A DNA stretch of 64,000 bases from Candidatus Omnitrophica bacterium UBA6215 (GCA_002421665.1 DISH01000004.1:381900-445899); one strand, 5' to 3'. Counted from the first letter of the stretch, positions 37,501-46,290 are shown. Notes: generated by a model not told the origin, from the sequence alone. A program made the numbers and translations.

Positions 37501-40500
37501 GCGAATATTCGGAAAATAACAGGTACGGGTATTCTTACAGGTACGAACCGGGCCCGGACACATATAAGTATACCTATACTTATTATTACGCGGACGGCAC
37601 AACATACACGAACACATGCATTTATGACAGCGGCTGGAATTACCTTTCCGGCGACGGGGTATATGATACTTGGGATACTTCATCTTCTTTAGCGGACCTG
37701 TTAAGCGCGGCACCGGAAGGCTACAGCCTTTCATCTGAAAGCTCATATTCTTATGCCGAAAATGATTACGGCTTTTGGATAGCCGATGTGAACGCTTCCG
37801 GAAGCGATTGGTTTGACGGGACTCTTAACGGCGCGTTCATTACATATACAAAGATGGGCCTGATGCAGGGTGATCTCACCGGTTCATATACAGATGATAC
37901 CGGCGGGTGGATAGCCGCCGGCTCAGGCACTTGGAATGGCAACCGGCTTACCATGAGCGGCATGTGGGGTGAGGACACAAGTAGTCTGTACGAGAACAGT
38001 TACGGATATCCGTCCTTAGCCGGTGAAGAATACGGGCTTCTCGGCTCTACGGTCGAGGAGTGGTGGAATAAAACCTCTTTCCCTGTATTGGCGATGGGCA
38101 GATACTATTCTTACGGCACGGACGATCAGCCTATAATCTGGATAACACCGTTCAACAGCTATAACGCCGAGATGGATAACCATACCTCTCTCGACGGTTC
38201 AGCGTTCTACGGTCTTACCGCGGGCATATGGAAAGACGGCTTGATGTCGGACGCAAAGGCTGTTGCAATATACGCTGCCCCGGATGGAAGTATGGGTATA
38301 ATCAAGGGAAACCTTGGCGGAGAATACTATCCGGGTCTGGATATGTGGATGGCAACCGGATCTTTGTCCGCCCTGCAAAAAAGCGGAGAATCAATAGACC
38401 CGGCATCCCTTTACGAGAGTATAACTACCTCGGATATGCCGTATTTATACGCCGGGGGTTCGATTGATGGAGCGGTCGTTTACGGTGAATCTTCCGACGG
38501 ATACTTATATTCAGTCGACGAAGGTCAGTGGGGCATATTTGATTTCAAGACCGGCGGCAACTATAACGACGAATGGGTTGAATCCAAAGAGAAGGGCCTT
38601 GCCTTCGGATTCACGGACGGTCTTTACGGGCCTTCCATGCTCCTGACATCGACCGACGCGTCCGTCGGTGACGGTACCATCGCCGGCACTCTTTCCGGAT
38701 CTTGCATAGACCTTCTCGAAGGAACTATAAGCAAGCTGAACGGCGATATCCGCGGAATTTACGACAGCGATAATAATACCTGGATCGCCGCGGCCATCGG
38801 CGAATGGGAAAAGAAATTACTCGCCTACAGCGGTGTCGTAATGGAAGGCGGGTTCGGTTATTTTTACGGCGAAAACGAAGGACCTTATCTGGATGACGGC
38901 GGGCTTGACGCGATAATGGGCGGCTCCGACGACCTCTTTGACGGTTCAGCCGAGATCTCGATAGTCGGGAACGCGTGGAACCCGGACTACAATGAGGATT
39001 GGACGGGCGACGATAAGCTGTGGGCAGGCGATTTCTTCATAACTACCGACGATAACGCCGCAGCCACGGGTACGATAGGAGGTACCAGCCTGAACAACAG
39101 CTTCAAAGGCGCTTTGCTTGGTCTGTACATCCGCCAGACGCAGGACGGTTACAAAGCAGGATATATAACTTCTTCCGACGCCTTCGGGAACCGCGACTTC
39201 CTTTCGGGGAATTTCTATCCGTCATTATCAATGTTCAGCGCCGAAGGCAGCCTAACGGCTTTCATGGATACTCCTACGGAATTCACGCCGGAAGATATAC
39301 TTTTTGGCAATGAATCCGCTTTGCTGAGCGATGACTTCTATGACCCGATCGTCGGGGACCTCAACGGCGACCTTTACGGTGAGGACCTCCAGATAGCGGA
39401 CCAACAGTGGGGAGTCTGGCGCGCGGGATGCGGCGGTTGGCTCGATTCCGTCCCGGCCGGCAATTGGAATTCTTACATAGCCGAAAGCTTTGAAGACCAA
39501 TACGGGGAATATTCGTTCCCGTATTATTCACTCATCTATATCGACGGAACCACTACCGCGGACAACGGGCTTGAGGCCGTTATACACGGTTACGACCTCG
39601 GTATGACATACCTAAGCGAGGCTTCGGGGTTGATGGCCGGCGATTATGATACCGGCGAGATGAGATGGGAAGGCCTTAGTTTGGGGACTTGGGTTGAGAA
39701 GGAATTAACTCTCAGCGGACTCGCCTCCGGGGGAATAAGAGCCGCCGGAGACTGGGATAACTGGTTTGACCCGGGCGACAGTTATGAAGACTTCTCCGGA
39801 GAATTCTCCGGTATAATAGGATCTACGCAGACCGGATGGCAGGACGGAAGTTTTAAGGCCGTAGCAATGGGTGATTATGCGATCAACGAGTCCGCCAATT
39901 CATACCTGCTCAACGCTGAAATGGGAAGTTTTAATGCACGCGAGATATCTCCGGTTACCCTCGACGGGGAAGGTGCTTTCTACGGGTTTGCCCACGCGGC
40001 TGTCGGAGATTCTGCCGATGGCAGGCTGACGGATACCGCTTCGGGATTGAGGCTGGCCGCCATATATATAGCTTCTAACGGGACCGGCGGCTATAATGCG
40101 GGAGTGCTAAGGGGCGGGCTTGACATGGATCTAGTGGAGATCCCCTACGACGGTGAAGTCGGCATGTGGATAGCCGAAGGCTACCTGACCCCTTACGCAA
40201 TGGAAACCGATATCGGCATCTCTCCGGAAGAACTACCGGATTATATATCCTGGGACTGGGAAGTGCTCGGTGCTTCGGGTGTCGGCTCGTTCTCAAACGG
40301 CGGCGCCATCCAGGCCGATTACTTTACCGGGGACACGATGTCCATAGAAGGCTACGACCAGTGGGGGATAATGCAGGCTGCCCTTACCGGACAAACATCC
40401 TCGGTCGTAGATTCGGATTGGAGATTGGCCTTGGGAGGCGCTTCTTATACCGACGATTCGCATGAGATTGCGGACGGTTATTTCCTTATCTCGGCCGGCG

Positions 40501-41126
40501 GAGATTCCTGGTCGAACAACGTATTTGACGGGACCTTCAGGGGCGTATACTTGAGCGAGATAGACGAAAATACCTTTAACGTCGGAAAGATAGAAGGTGA
40601 TGTCGTAGGCAATTACCAGCAGGTTGAAGGGGTAGATACCGTCTTCCAGGCACAGATGCTCGGAGAATGGGTAGATCTTGCGGAATTGAGCACGGATGTG
40701 CTTGGATTCAATAACGATGCGTTAGCCGAGATGGTCCAGATACCCGTCACGGAAACCTATACAGCGCTTCTGCAGGGTGCCGGCGGATTCGGACCCGCCG
40801 GGGATATCGGGGCTATAACATCCAATATGGACATAAGCTTCTATGCCCAGCAGGCAACCGACCTCAGCGGCATATGGGCTGCCCTGATAAACGGGAACTA
40901 CTCCGGGTATACCGGAAGCGACAATTGGTCTGTCAATTATTCCAATAACGGCGTTAACGCCACGCTTACGGGTACGCAGTGGAATGACGGACAATGGCTC
41001 GCGAACGTATCCGGAAATAACGGAAATTCTACATTTACCGGACAGGCGGGCGGCACCTATACCGGCACAGACAGCGGTACTTTTGATGGTGCAGGCGCCG
41101 GGACATGGAACACCCCGACTCCGTAA
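34521..41126 (+). CDS. giant (2201 aa) secreted protein with tandem N-terminal FecR domains and a ~1700-aa Gly/Tyr/Asp/Ser/Thr/Trp-rich degenerate-repeat region
   Basis: Sec signal (cleavage after SLA). First FecR-like domain at ~aa 35-160 (...FVINTPNAAGAVKGTDI) and second at ~aa 245-360 (...FEVKTPNAVACVRGTIMYL). The rest has extreme composition, almost no K or R, and recurring IYIDPSG.G..G and (Q/D)WG(I/V)(W/F) motifs. SD GAGGAG 7 nt upstream, 17 nt after the upstream gene. Confidence 0.7.
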   Translation: MKKFCVKLLALVTVMGGIFLTCSPYSLADVIGKISATEGRVDLLKSGGDTASEVRVGDCVSSGDILRTKSGSKAEIAFTDTSVVRLSENTRLEITDYGFGPGGKRADAALFLDRGKIRAILSRSAEGSFVINTPNAAGAVKGTDIVAIYQRSSTSIAALNGKVLVSGMSPSGKPVELTSGQTSVISGETAPSAPRILLSMEIKAHESDTGISKGSMAAEKSSDDKMTAEGYSAPDGMKAVVTKTAGGVRIKNRGSITWHDARENEVLAAGDSVETKDNGKIEIRLENGNVITLQQNSSLIIQKLSSDSKTGNYENLLESGGGKLRAQVQKIKGNSKFEVKTPNAVACVRGTIMYLNILPGLTNSYFEEGNGTLRNLISGTVKDVPIGTGAAADGNGNISDPVPPSDDQKSQWHQGWDVGGEAEGYSAPSGDLGQGGDSDNNSGDTGFQNVVFDEKPVTDIIGTTESGGGPGGSEGEGGITNPYITGTSSGSFGFVEPDEYNNFDAVLSSNTVLSSPWAGQLDLHVSGEFMSPGYRIFEGNITAASVDGGTSFGWVGGIMHSWEGILSSIYIDPSGRAGNLFGYLSGTNTVETGTGSYYGDFSGSGDIFVIQMAQLEAGIEYPVEYGEGYGDLRLAFNNGNGLFYADFDRQLARIEGQDWGIWRDAYRGSYYNPDNLNEWIGNAGGRYGEKGYFFATVEGIDDLEGGVRMDMTGAYLDMYTLGAYYGSILAGYGEGTEGIGLGGYTEEALTSSAIHGNYSYSGQLSGILGTTGSLWSGSPFYLTSIGNLEDEYDGEFDNFIWYTDFISTDNDNERYTAYSAEEGIGSYYGTTSGVGKDNTMKGFSRFIYIDPSGYAGVFKGSVDGAYSQAIGMYIFDGKAARDTSVDPVFVSLSPEALNYSIWLNSGEGNLEGYYSDGGRVYGYDNLYSASIADFGNGTAQNWGIYNQRIIGQSYMELADDFSAKMGGKDSFGCYNPTIMHYNTYNSGDGASYSCEYSENNRYGYSYRYEPGPDTYKYTYTYYYADGTTYTNTCIYDSGWNYLSGDGVYDTWDTSSSLADLLSAAPEGYSLSSESSYSYAENDYGFWIADVNASGSDWFDGTLNGAFITYTKMGLMQGDLTGSYTDDTGGWIAAGSGTWNGNRLTMSGMWGEDTSSLYENSYGYPSLAGEEYGLLGSTVEEWWNKTSFPVLAMGRYYSYGTDDQPIIWITPFNSYNAEMDNHTSLDGSAFYGLTAGIWKDGLMSDAKAVAIYAAPDGSMGIIKGNLGGEYYPGLDMWMATGSLSALQKSGESIDPASLYESITTSDMPYLYAGGSIDGAVVYGESSDGYLYSVDEGQWGIFDFKTGGNYNDEWVESKEKGLAFGFTDGLYGPSMLLTSTDASVGDGTIAGTLSGSCIDLLEGTISKLNGDIRGIYDSDNNTWIAAAIGEWEKKLLAYSGVVMEGGFGYFYGENEGPYLDDGGLDAIMGGSDDLFDGSAEISIVGNAWNPDYNEDWTGDDKLWAGDFFITTDDNAAATGTIGGTSLNNSFKGALLGLYIRQTQDGYKAGYITSSDAFGNRDFLSGNFYPSLSMFSAEGSLTAFMDTPTEFTPEDILFGNESALLSDDFYDPIVGDLNGDLYGEDLQIADQQWGVWRAGCGGWLDSVPAGNWNSYIAESFEDQYGEYSFPYYSLIYIDGTTTADNGLEAVIHGYDLGMTYLSEASGLMAGDYDTGEMRWEGLSLGTWVEKELTLSGLASGGIRAAGDWDNWFDPGDSYEDFSGEFSGIIGSTQTGWQDGSFKAVAMGDYAINESANSYLLNAEMGSFNAREISPVTLDGEGAFYGFAHAAVGDSADGRLTDTASGLRLAAIYIASNGTGGYNAGVLRGGLDMDLVEIPYDGEVGMWIAEGYLTPYAMETDIGISPEELPDYISWDWEVLGASGVGSFSNGGAIQADYFTGDTMSIEGYDQWGIMQAALTGQTSSVVDSDWRLALGGASYTDDSHEIADGYFLISAGGDSWSNNVFDGTFRGVYLSEIDENTFNVGKIEGDVVGNYQQVEGVDTVFQAQMLGEWVDLAELSTDVLGFNNDALAEMVQIPVTETYTALLQGAGGFGPAGDIGAITSNMDISFYAQQATDLSGIWAALINGNYSGYTGSDNWSVNYSNNGVNATLTGTQWNDGQWLANVSGNNGNSTFTGQAGGTYTGTDSGTFDGAGAGTWNTPTP
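36140..41090 (+). repeat. in-frame degenerate protein-level tandem repeat (about 6 units of ~250-350 aa) inside the giant ORF
   Basis: Module A copies: SIYIDPSGRAGNLFGY, FIYIDPSGYAGVFKGS, AIYAAPDGSMGIIKGN, SLIYIDGTTTADNG, AAIYIASNGTGGYNAG. Module B copies: QDWGIWRDAYRG, QNWGIYNQRIIG, GQWGIFDFKTGG, QQWGVWRAGCGG, DQWGIMQAALTG, LSGIWAALINGN. They alternate at roughly regular spacing. Confidence 0.4.
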
Positions 41127-41416
41127 TGATACGTTATATAGCCCTGGTGTCAATTCTGGCTATTTTATTTCCCGGTTGCGGGAAGCCGGCCGCTAATCCG
41201 GCTTCCGCGCAGCCCGCGCCAAGGGTGCTCGCGACGGTTAACGGCGAACCTATATCCGATAAAGACCTGAAACTTTCCCTTGCCATACGCCTTATGGATG
41301 ATCCAGATTTCAAGGTAACTCCTTCCACTAAGAACGAACAGATACAGATGATCATCGACGAACGCCTGGAACTGCAGCGCAAGGACAGGGCTTCTTCGGA
41401 CATTAAGATATTCTGA
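41126..41416 (+). CDS. small lipoprotein/periplasmic protein with SurA N-terminal-like chaperone motif
   Basis: Start codon overlaps the giant ORF stop (TAATG). Signal MIRYIALVSILAILFPGC followed by VLATVNGEPISDKDLKLSLAIRL..., resembling the SurA/PpiD N-terminal domain. Only ~96 aa. Confidence 0.45.
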   Translation: MIRYIALVSILAILFPGCGKPAANPASAQPAPRVLATVNGEPISDKDLKLSLAIRLMDDPDFKVTPSTKNEQIQMIIDERLELQRKDRASSDIKIF

Positions 41417-41444
41417 AATTTCTTCCGCCTATCCCCGTAATATG

Positions 41445-41499
41445 ATTGACTAAGACCTTACTCTGTGATAAACTTTATTTTTATTCAATCAAAATAAAG
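41445..41499 (+). promoter_or_regulatory. putative internal promoter (TTGACT, 17 nt spacer, TAAACT) followed by a perfect 9-bp A/T inverted repeat CTTTATTTT-(9 nt)-AAAATAAAG directly upstream of trpB
   Basis: TTGACT at 41445-41450. TAAACT at 41468-41473. Inverted-repeat arms at 41473-41481 and 41491-41499. trpB SD AAAGAGG at 41496-41502. Confidence 0.35.
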
Positions 41500-41509
41500 A
41501 GGTTATGAC

Positions 41510-42700
41510 GTGAAACTGCCCGATAAGAAAGGCCATTTCGGCGTTTTCGGAGGAAAGTATGTCCCGGAAACCCTGATGGCGGCCCTGGAAGAGCTTGAGG
41601 CGGAATATTCCGCCGCTAAAAACAACAGAAGGTTTGCCGAGAAATTCCGTTATTACCTGGAAGCATACGCCGGCAGGCCGAGCGGTCTTTATTTTGCCGA
41701 AAAATTGACCAAAACCCTTAAGGGCCCAAAAATATACCTGAAGAGGGAAGACCTGCTGCATACCGGTTCCCATAAAATAAACAATACCCTGGGCCAAGGT
41801 CTGCTTACCGTACGCATGGGGAAGAAAAGGATAATTGCCGAAACCGGCGCCGGACAGCACGGCGTAGCCACCGCGACCGTAGCGGCTCTCTTCGACCTTG
41901 ATTGCGAGGTATTTATGGGAGAAGAAGACATTCGCCGGCAGGCCCTTAACGTCTTCAGGATGAAACTCCTGGGCGCGAAAGTCACTCCGGTCACAAGCGG
42001 CAGCAAGACGCTGAAGGACGCTATGAACGAAACGATGAGGGACTGGGTCACTAATGTGCGCGCCACCCATTATTGCATCGGATCGGTCGCCGGGCCGCAT
42101 CCGTTCCCAATGATGGTAAGGGATTTCCAGTCGGTTATCGGAAAAGAGACGCGGCGCCAAATACTAAAAGCAGAAGGCAGGCTCCCCGACTATCTTATTG
42201 CCTGCGTGGGAGGCGGGTCTAATTCCATGGGGCTCTTCTATGATTTCCTTGACGACAGGAAGGTTAATTTTATAGGGGTTGAGGCCGCGGGCAAGGGCTT
42301 GAATACAGGCCTGCACGCAGCCACTCTGGAAAAGGGCGATATCGGCGTGCTCCACGGCAGTAAGAGTTATCTGCTGCAAGACGACTTTGGACAGATAAAG
42401 ATAGCGCACTCGGTATCCGCCGGGCTGGATTATCCCGGAGTAGGCCCGGAACACTCATTTTTCAAGGACGCGGGCAGGGCAAAGTATGTATCGGCCACGG
42501 ACACGGAGGCATTGGAAGCTTTCCGTCTTCTTTCAGAGACTGAAGGTATAATACCGGCCCTTGAGTCGTCGCACGCCATAGCTTACCTCATAAAAGCGGC
42601 CAAAAAGATGAAAAAAAGCGACCTTGCGGTAGTCTGCTTGTCGGGCAGGGGCGATAAGGACGTGGACATGGTCTCGCAGGTCCTCGCAGACAAAATATGA
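41510..42700 (+). CDS. trpB: tryptophan synthase beta chain
   Basis: GTG start. [14 protein letters not shown] and [12 protein letters not shown]-lysine motif. GGGSNS. Confidence 0.95.
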   Translation: MKLPDKKGHFGVFGGKYVPETLMAALEELEAEYSAAKNNRRFAEKFRYYLEAYAGRPSGLYFAEKLTKTLKGPKIYLKREDLLHTGSHKINNTLGQGLLTVRMGKKRIIAETGAGQHGVATATVAALFDLDCEVFMGEEDIRRQALNVFRMKLLGAKVTPVTSGSKTLKDAMNETMRDWVTNVRATHYCIGSVAGPHPFPMMVRDFQSVIGKETRRQILKAEGRLPDYLIACVGGGSNSMGLFYDFLDDRKVNFIGVEAAGKGLNTGLHAATLEKGDIGVLHGSKSYLLQDDFGQIKIAHSVSAGLDYPGVGPEHSFFKDAGRAKYVSATDTEALEAFRLLSETEGIIPALESSHAIAYLIKAAKKMKKSDLAVVCLSGRGDKDVDMVSQVLADKI

Positions 42701-43494
42701 ACAGAATAGATAAGAAATTCTCCGATCTCAGGAAAAACGGCAGGAAGGCCCTTATAGCCTTCTTTACGGCAGGTGACTTCGGGCTCACGGCCACGAAAAA
42801 ATTCGTCATTGAATTCGAACAGAGGGGCGTAGATATCATTGAGCTGGGCGTCCCTTTTTCGGACCCCGTTGCTGACGGACCTACTATACAGTCTTCCTCT
42901 GAAAGGTCCCTGAAAAGGGGCACAAGGCTCAAGGACATAATATCCCTCGTCGGGCAACTGCGAAAGAAAACCCAGATACCCATAGTCCTGATGGGTTACT
43001 ATAACCCTATACTCAAATACGGCCCCGCCAGGTTCATTTCAGACTGCGTAAAGAACGGCGTTGACGGTGCGATAATCCCTGATCTGCCCCCCGAAGAATC
43101 TGGTGAATTGACGGCGGCGGCAAAAGGCAGGAATTTCGACATAATATTCTTCCTGAGCCCGACAAGCTCCCTCAAGAGGATAAAGATGGTCTCCGGGATG
43201 ACCAGGGGTTTTATCTACTACGTTTCCCTTACGGGAATCACCGGGGCAAGGTCTTCATTGCCCGCCGGGTTCGCTGCACGAGTAAAGTTGATAAAAAAAA
43301 CCTCCGATAAACCGGTGTGTGTCGGTTTTGGAGTCTCGATGCCGGAACAGGCAAAGCGCATCAGCGCCGTAGCTGACGGTGTTATCGTGGGTTCGGCTAT
43401 AGTAAAACAGATGGAAAAGAATTCCTCGAATAAGAAGTTCGTAAAGAATGTAGGCAATTATGTCCATAAACTTGCGGAGGCTACCCATCAATAA
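42697..43494 (+). CDS. trpA: tryptophan synthase alpha chain
   Basis: ATGA overlap with trpB. TrpA motifs ([30 protein letters not shown]). Confidence 0.93.
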   Translation: MNRIDKKFSDLRKNGRKALIAFFTAGDFGLTATKKFVIEFEQRGVDIIELGVPFSDPVADGPTIQSSSERSLKRGTRLKDIISLVGQLRKKTQIPIVLMGYYNPILKYGPARFISDCVKNGVDGAIIPDLPPEESGELTAAAKGRNFDIIFFLSPTSSLKRIKMVSGMTRGFIYYVSLTGITGARSSLPAGFAARVKLIKKTSDKPVCVGFGVSMPEQAKRISAVADGVIVGSAIVKQMEKNSSNKKFVKNVGNYVHKLAEATHQ

Positions 43495-44581
43495 GAATAT
43501 CTATGCCGTAATAATTGCCGGAGGAAGAGGAGAGAGGTTCTGGCCTAAGAGCAGGACCAAAACACCCAAGCAGACCCTCAAGCTTATGGGAAAGCGATCC
43601 CTGATACAGGAGACGGTATCGAGGATAAAGACAATCGCACCTAATGACCATATATTCGTAATAACCAATAAAGAACAACTGGGCTCTATAAGGGCCGATC
43701 TTCCTAATATAAAGAACATAATAGCCGAACCCGCTGCCAGGAATACCGCGGCAGCCTGCGGCCTCGCGGCCATGTTGATAAAAAAAGCCGATCCTCGCGC
43801 AACCATGATAGTACTTCCCTCCGACCACTTAATAAAAGAAAAAGATAAATTCATAGATGCGCTGATGACCGGCGTAAAGGTCGCGGAAGCCTCCAACGGG
43901 CTGGTGACGATAGGGGTTAAACCGACTTTCCCTGCTACCGGATACGGCTATATGCGTATAGATACCAGCGGCCAGTTCAAGATAAGGGGCCCGGGACTAA
44001 AAGCCGTTGTCCACAGGGTACTGGCTTTTGTGGAGAAACCCAGTTACCTCAACGCCGTGAAATTCCTTAAGGAGAAGAGGTACTACTGGAACAGCGGCAT
44101 CTTCATATGGAAGGCCACAAGTATACTTGACGCCATAAAAGAGAACCTCCCCAGGCTTTACCTGGGCTTACAGCTTCTTGAACCGAGCATCGGCCGTTTG
44201 AATTTCAATTGCAAATTGAACGAGGTCTATCCCAACCTGGAAGAGATATCCATAGACTACGGCATCCTCGAGAGGGAAAAGAGGATATTCGCCGTAGAAG
44301 GCAAATTCTATTGGGATGACCTTGGTTCGTGGGACTCCCTGGCAAGGCACCTTTCTACGGATAAGTCCGGGAATTTCGCTATAGGTGCCCACAAAGCCAT
44401 TGACACCAGGGATTCCGTCATAGTCTCCGAACAGGGTGTTATCGGGACCATAGGGATCGATAATGTCATAGTGGTAAGGGACGGGGATTGCGTTCTTGTC
44501 TGTCACAGGGACAGGGCACAGGACGTAAAGAGGCTAGTCGCCCTGATGAAGGAAGGCAAGGAGCTGAAAAAATACCTCTAA
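43460..44581 (+). CDS. manC: mannose-1-phosphate guanylyltransferase (GDP-mannose pyrophosphorylase, no PMI domain)
   Basis: AVIIAGGRGERFWP nucleotidyltransferase motif and a C-terminal left-handed beta-helix-like region. Start uncertain (43460 ATG or 43472 TTG), overlaps trpA. Confidence 0.82.
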   Translation: MSINLRRLPINKNIYAVIIAGGRGERFWPKSRTKTPKQTLKLMGKRSLIQETVSRIKTIAPNDHIFVITNKEQLGSIRADLPNIKNIIAEPAARNTAAACGLAAMLIKKADPRATMIVLPSDHLIKEKDKFIDALMTGVKVAEASNGLVTIGVKPTFPATGYGYMRIDTSGQFKIRGPGLKAVVHRVLAFVEKPSYLNAVKFLKEKRYYWNSGIFIWKATSILDAIKENLPRLYLGLQLLEPSIGRLNFNCKLNEVYPNLEEISIDYGILEREKRIFAVEGKFYWDDLGSWDSLARHLSTDKSGNFAIGAHKAIDTRDSVIVSEQGVIGTIGIDNVIVVRDGDCVLVCHRDRAQDVKRLVALMKEGKELKKYL

Positions 44582-45006
44582 TGAGAATAATAGGCTTGGA
44601 CGTCGGTGAGAAAAGGATCGGGGTGGCGGTAAGCGACCCCCTCGGGATAATAGCCCAGGGACTGACGGTAATCGAAAGGAAAGTCCCCGGAGAAGATATC
44701 TGCGCAATTGTGGATATCATAAACGAGTTCAAAGCGGATTCGGTAGTAGTAGGTATGCCCATAAATATGGACGGCACGCGGGGCAAGAGCGCCGATAAGG
44801 TAACGGAGTTCGTGGACACGCTAAAGGCCGCGGTGAAGATACCCGTCAACACCTATGATGAACGGCTCTCCACAAAAGAGAGCGAACGGTTCCTGATATC
44901 TTCGGATGTATCGCGCAAGAAACGCAAAAACGTCATAGACAAGATAGCCGCCCAGCTGATACTTGAATCATACCTGGAAAGAATAAAGAACAATGTACGA
45001 ACTTAA
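44581..45006 (+). CDS. ruvX: Holliday junction resolvase-like protein RuvX (YqgF)
   Basis: MRIIGLDVGEKRIGVAVSD...GMPINMDGT. Start ATG overlaps the manC stop (TAATG). Confidence 0.85.
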   Translation: MRIIGLDVGEKRIGVAVSDPLGIIAQGLTVIERKVPGEDICAIVDIINEFKADSVVVGMPINMDGTRGKSADKVTEFVDTLKAAVKIPVNTYDERLSTKESERFLISSDVSRKKRKNVIDKIAAQLILESYLERIKNNVRT

Positions 45007-46264
45007 ATCTTTCAAGAACGGTGCGCGTTGCGCTGCAAGGAGCCTCTCCGACAGGGATTCGGTTGCTATCGGCGTCTGGCTCAGTACCGGCGGACGTTAC
45101 GAGCCGAAAAAAATGTCCGGGGTATCACACTTTATCGAGCACCTGCTCTTTAAGGGAACGAATAAGCGTTCCGCCGAACAGATCAAACAGGCGATAGAAG
45201 GCCGCGGCGGCGCTATGAACGGTTTTACTTCGGAAGAGTTCACCTGCTACCTGGTGAAAGTCCTGAGCAGGGACATGGATAACGCGCTGGACATTCTTTC
45301 TGACATGGTCTTCAACGCACGGCTTTCTCCGCGGGACATAAATAAGGAGAGGCAGGTAATAAAAGAAGAGATCAAGCTCTATGTTGACCTCCCAAACCAC
45401 CACGTCCATGACCTCCTGATGGAACTTATGTGGCCCGGACAGCCGCTCGGAAGGAACCTTGCAGGCACATACGATACCGTAGGCGACATGATGCGGGAAG
45501 GCATAACCGGTTATAAACGCAAACATTATATCCCCCGCAATATCGTAATAGCCGCATGCGGGGACCTGGACACGCCAAGATATCTATCCTGCTGTGAAAA
45601 GTATTTCGGCGCTGCGCCCGGAGCAGGTAAGTCGACTTACGGGAAAGCGGTTGAAGCACAGAAGAGGCCTATGCTCAGGACCCTTTCCAAAGAAACTGAA
45701 CAAGCCCACATGGCCGTCGGTTTCCGCGCGTTCGGCAGGAGCGATCCCGATAGGTACGCTCTTACCTTGCTGCACATTATCCTTGGCGGGAATATGTCAA
45801 GCCGCCTTTTCAGGGAGGTAAGGGAAAAGAAGGGTTTGGCTTACGAGATATCTACTTCCACAAAAAAATTCCACGATACCGGAGCGTTCTTCATCTCAGC
45901 CGGTCTTGACAATAAGAATATCGTCAAAACACTGGATATAATAATGAGGGAGTTGAAAAAGATCAAGACGGCGTACGTAGGCAAAGACGAGTTCGAAAGG
46001 GCGCGCGAATACTACAAGGGCCAGATGCTCCTGGGCTTGGAAGATACCCTGGACCAGATGCTGTGGATGGGAGAACATCTGTCTTCCAGGGGTGAGATAC
46101 CGACCCCGCAGGAAGTCGTGAGCAGGATATCCTCCATCACGAGGGAAGATATAGAGCGGGTGGCAGGAAAGGTGCTTACTAATTCGCGCCTAAACATGGC
46201 TTTAATAGGTTCGATTGACGATAAATCGGAGAAGGAGATCTCCAAAGCGCTTAATATCGGGTGA
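44993..46264 (+). CDS. M16 family zinc peptidase (insulinase/pitrilysin-like)
   Basis: Inverted zinc motif HFIEHLLFKGT (HxxEH) with a downstream E. M16 N- and C-domains. Confidence 0.8.
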   Translation: MYELKSFKNGARCAARSLSDRDSVAIGVWLSTGGRYEPKKMSGVSHFIEHLLFKGTNKRSAEQIKQAIEGRGGAMNGFTSEEFTCYLVKVLSRDMDNALDILSDMVFNARLSPRDINKERQVIKEEIKLYVDLPNHHVHDLLMELMWPGQPLGRNLAGTYDTVGDMMREGITGYKRKHYIPRNIVIAACGDLDTPRYLSCCEKYFGAAPGAGKSTYGKAVEAQKRPMLRTLSKETEQAHMAVGFRAFGRSDPDRYALTLLHIILGGNMSSRLFREVREKKGLAYEISTSTKKFHDTGAFFISAGLDNKNIVKTLDIIMRELKKIKTAYVGKDEFERAREYYKGQMLLGLEDTLDQMLWMGEHLSSRGEIPTPQEVVSRISSITREDIERVAGKVLTNSRLNMALIGSIDDKSEKEISKALNIG

Positions 46265-46290
46265 GGGAGCGCAACCAAAGGAGACCTGGA

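Noticed and set aside
36363-37746. Antisense ORFs (36363..36809 -, 37447..37746 -) within the giant gene
   Set aside because: Low-complexity antisense frames of a Gly/Tyr-rich coding region with no motifs or start context. Expected by chance in biased sequence.
41126-41416. SurA-N-like ORF as a remnant (pseudogene) of a full-length surA
   Set aside because: Only 93 nt separate it from trpB, and no downstream frames encode PPIase domains. It reads as an intact small ORF with its own signal peptide and coupled start, so it is kept as a small protein rather than a pseudogene.
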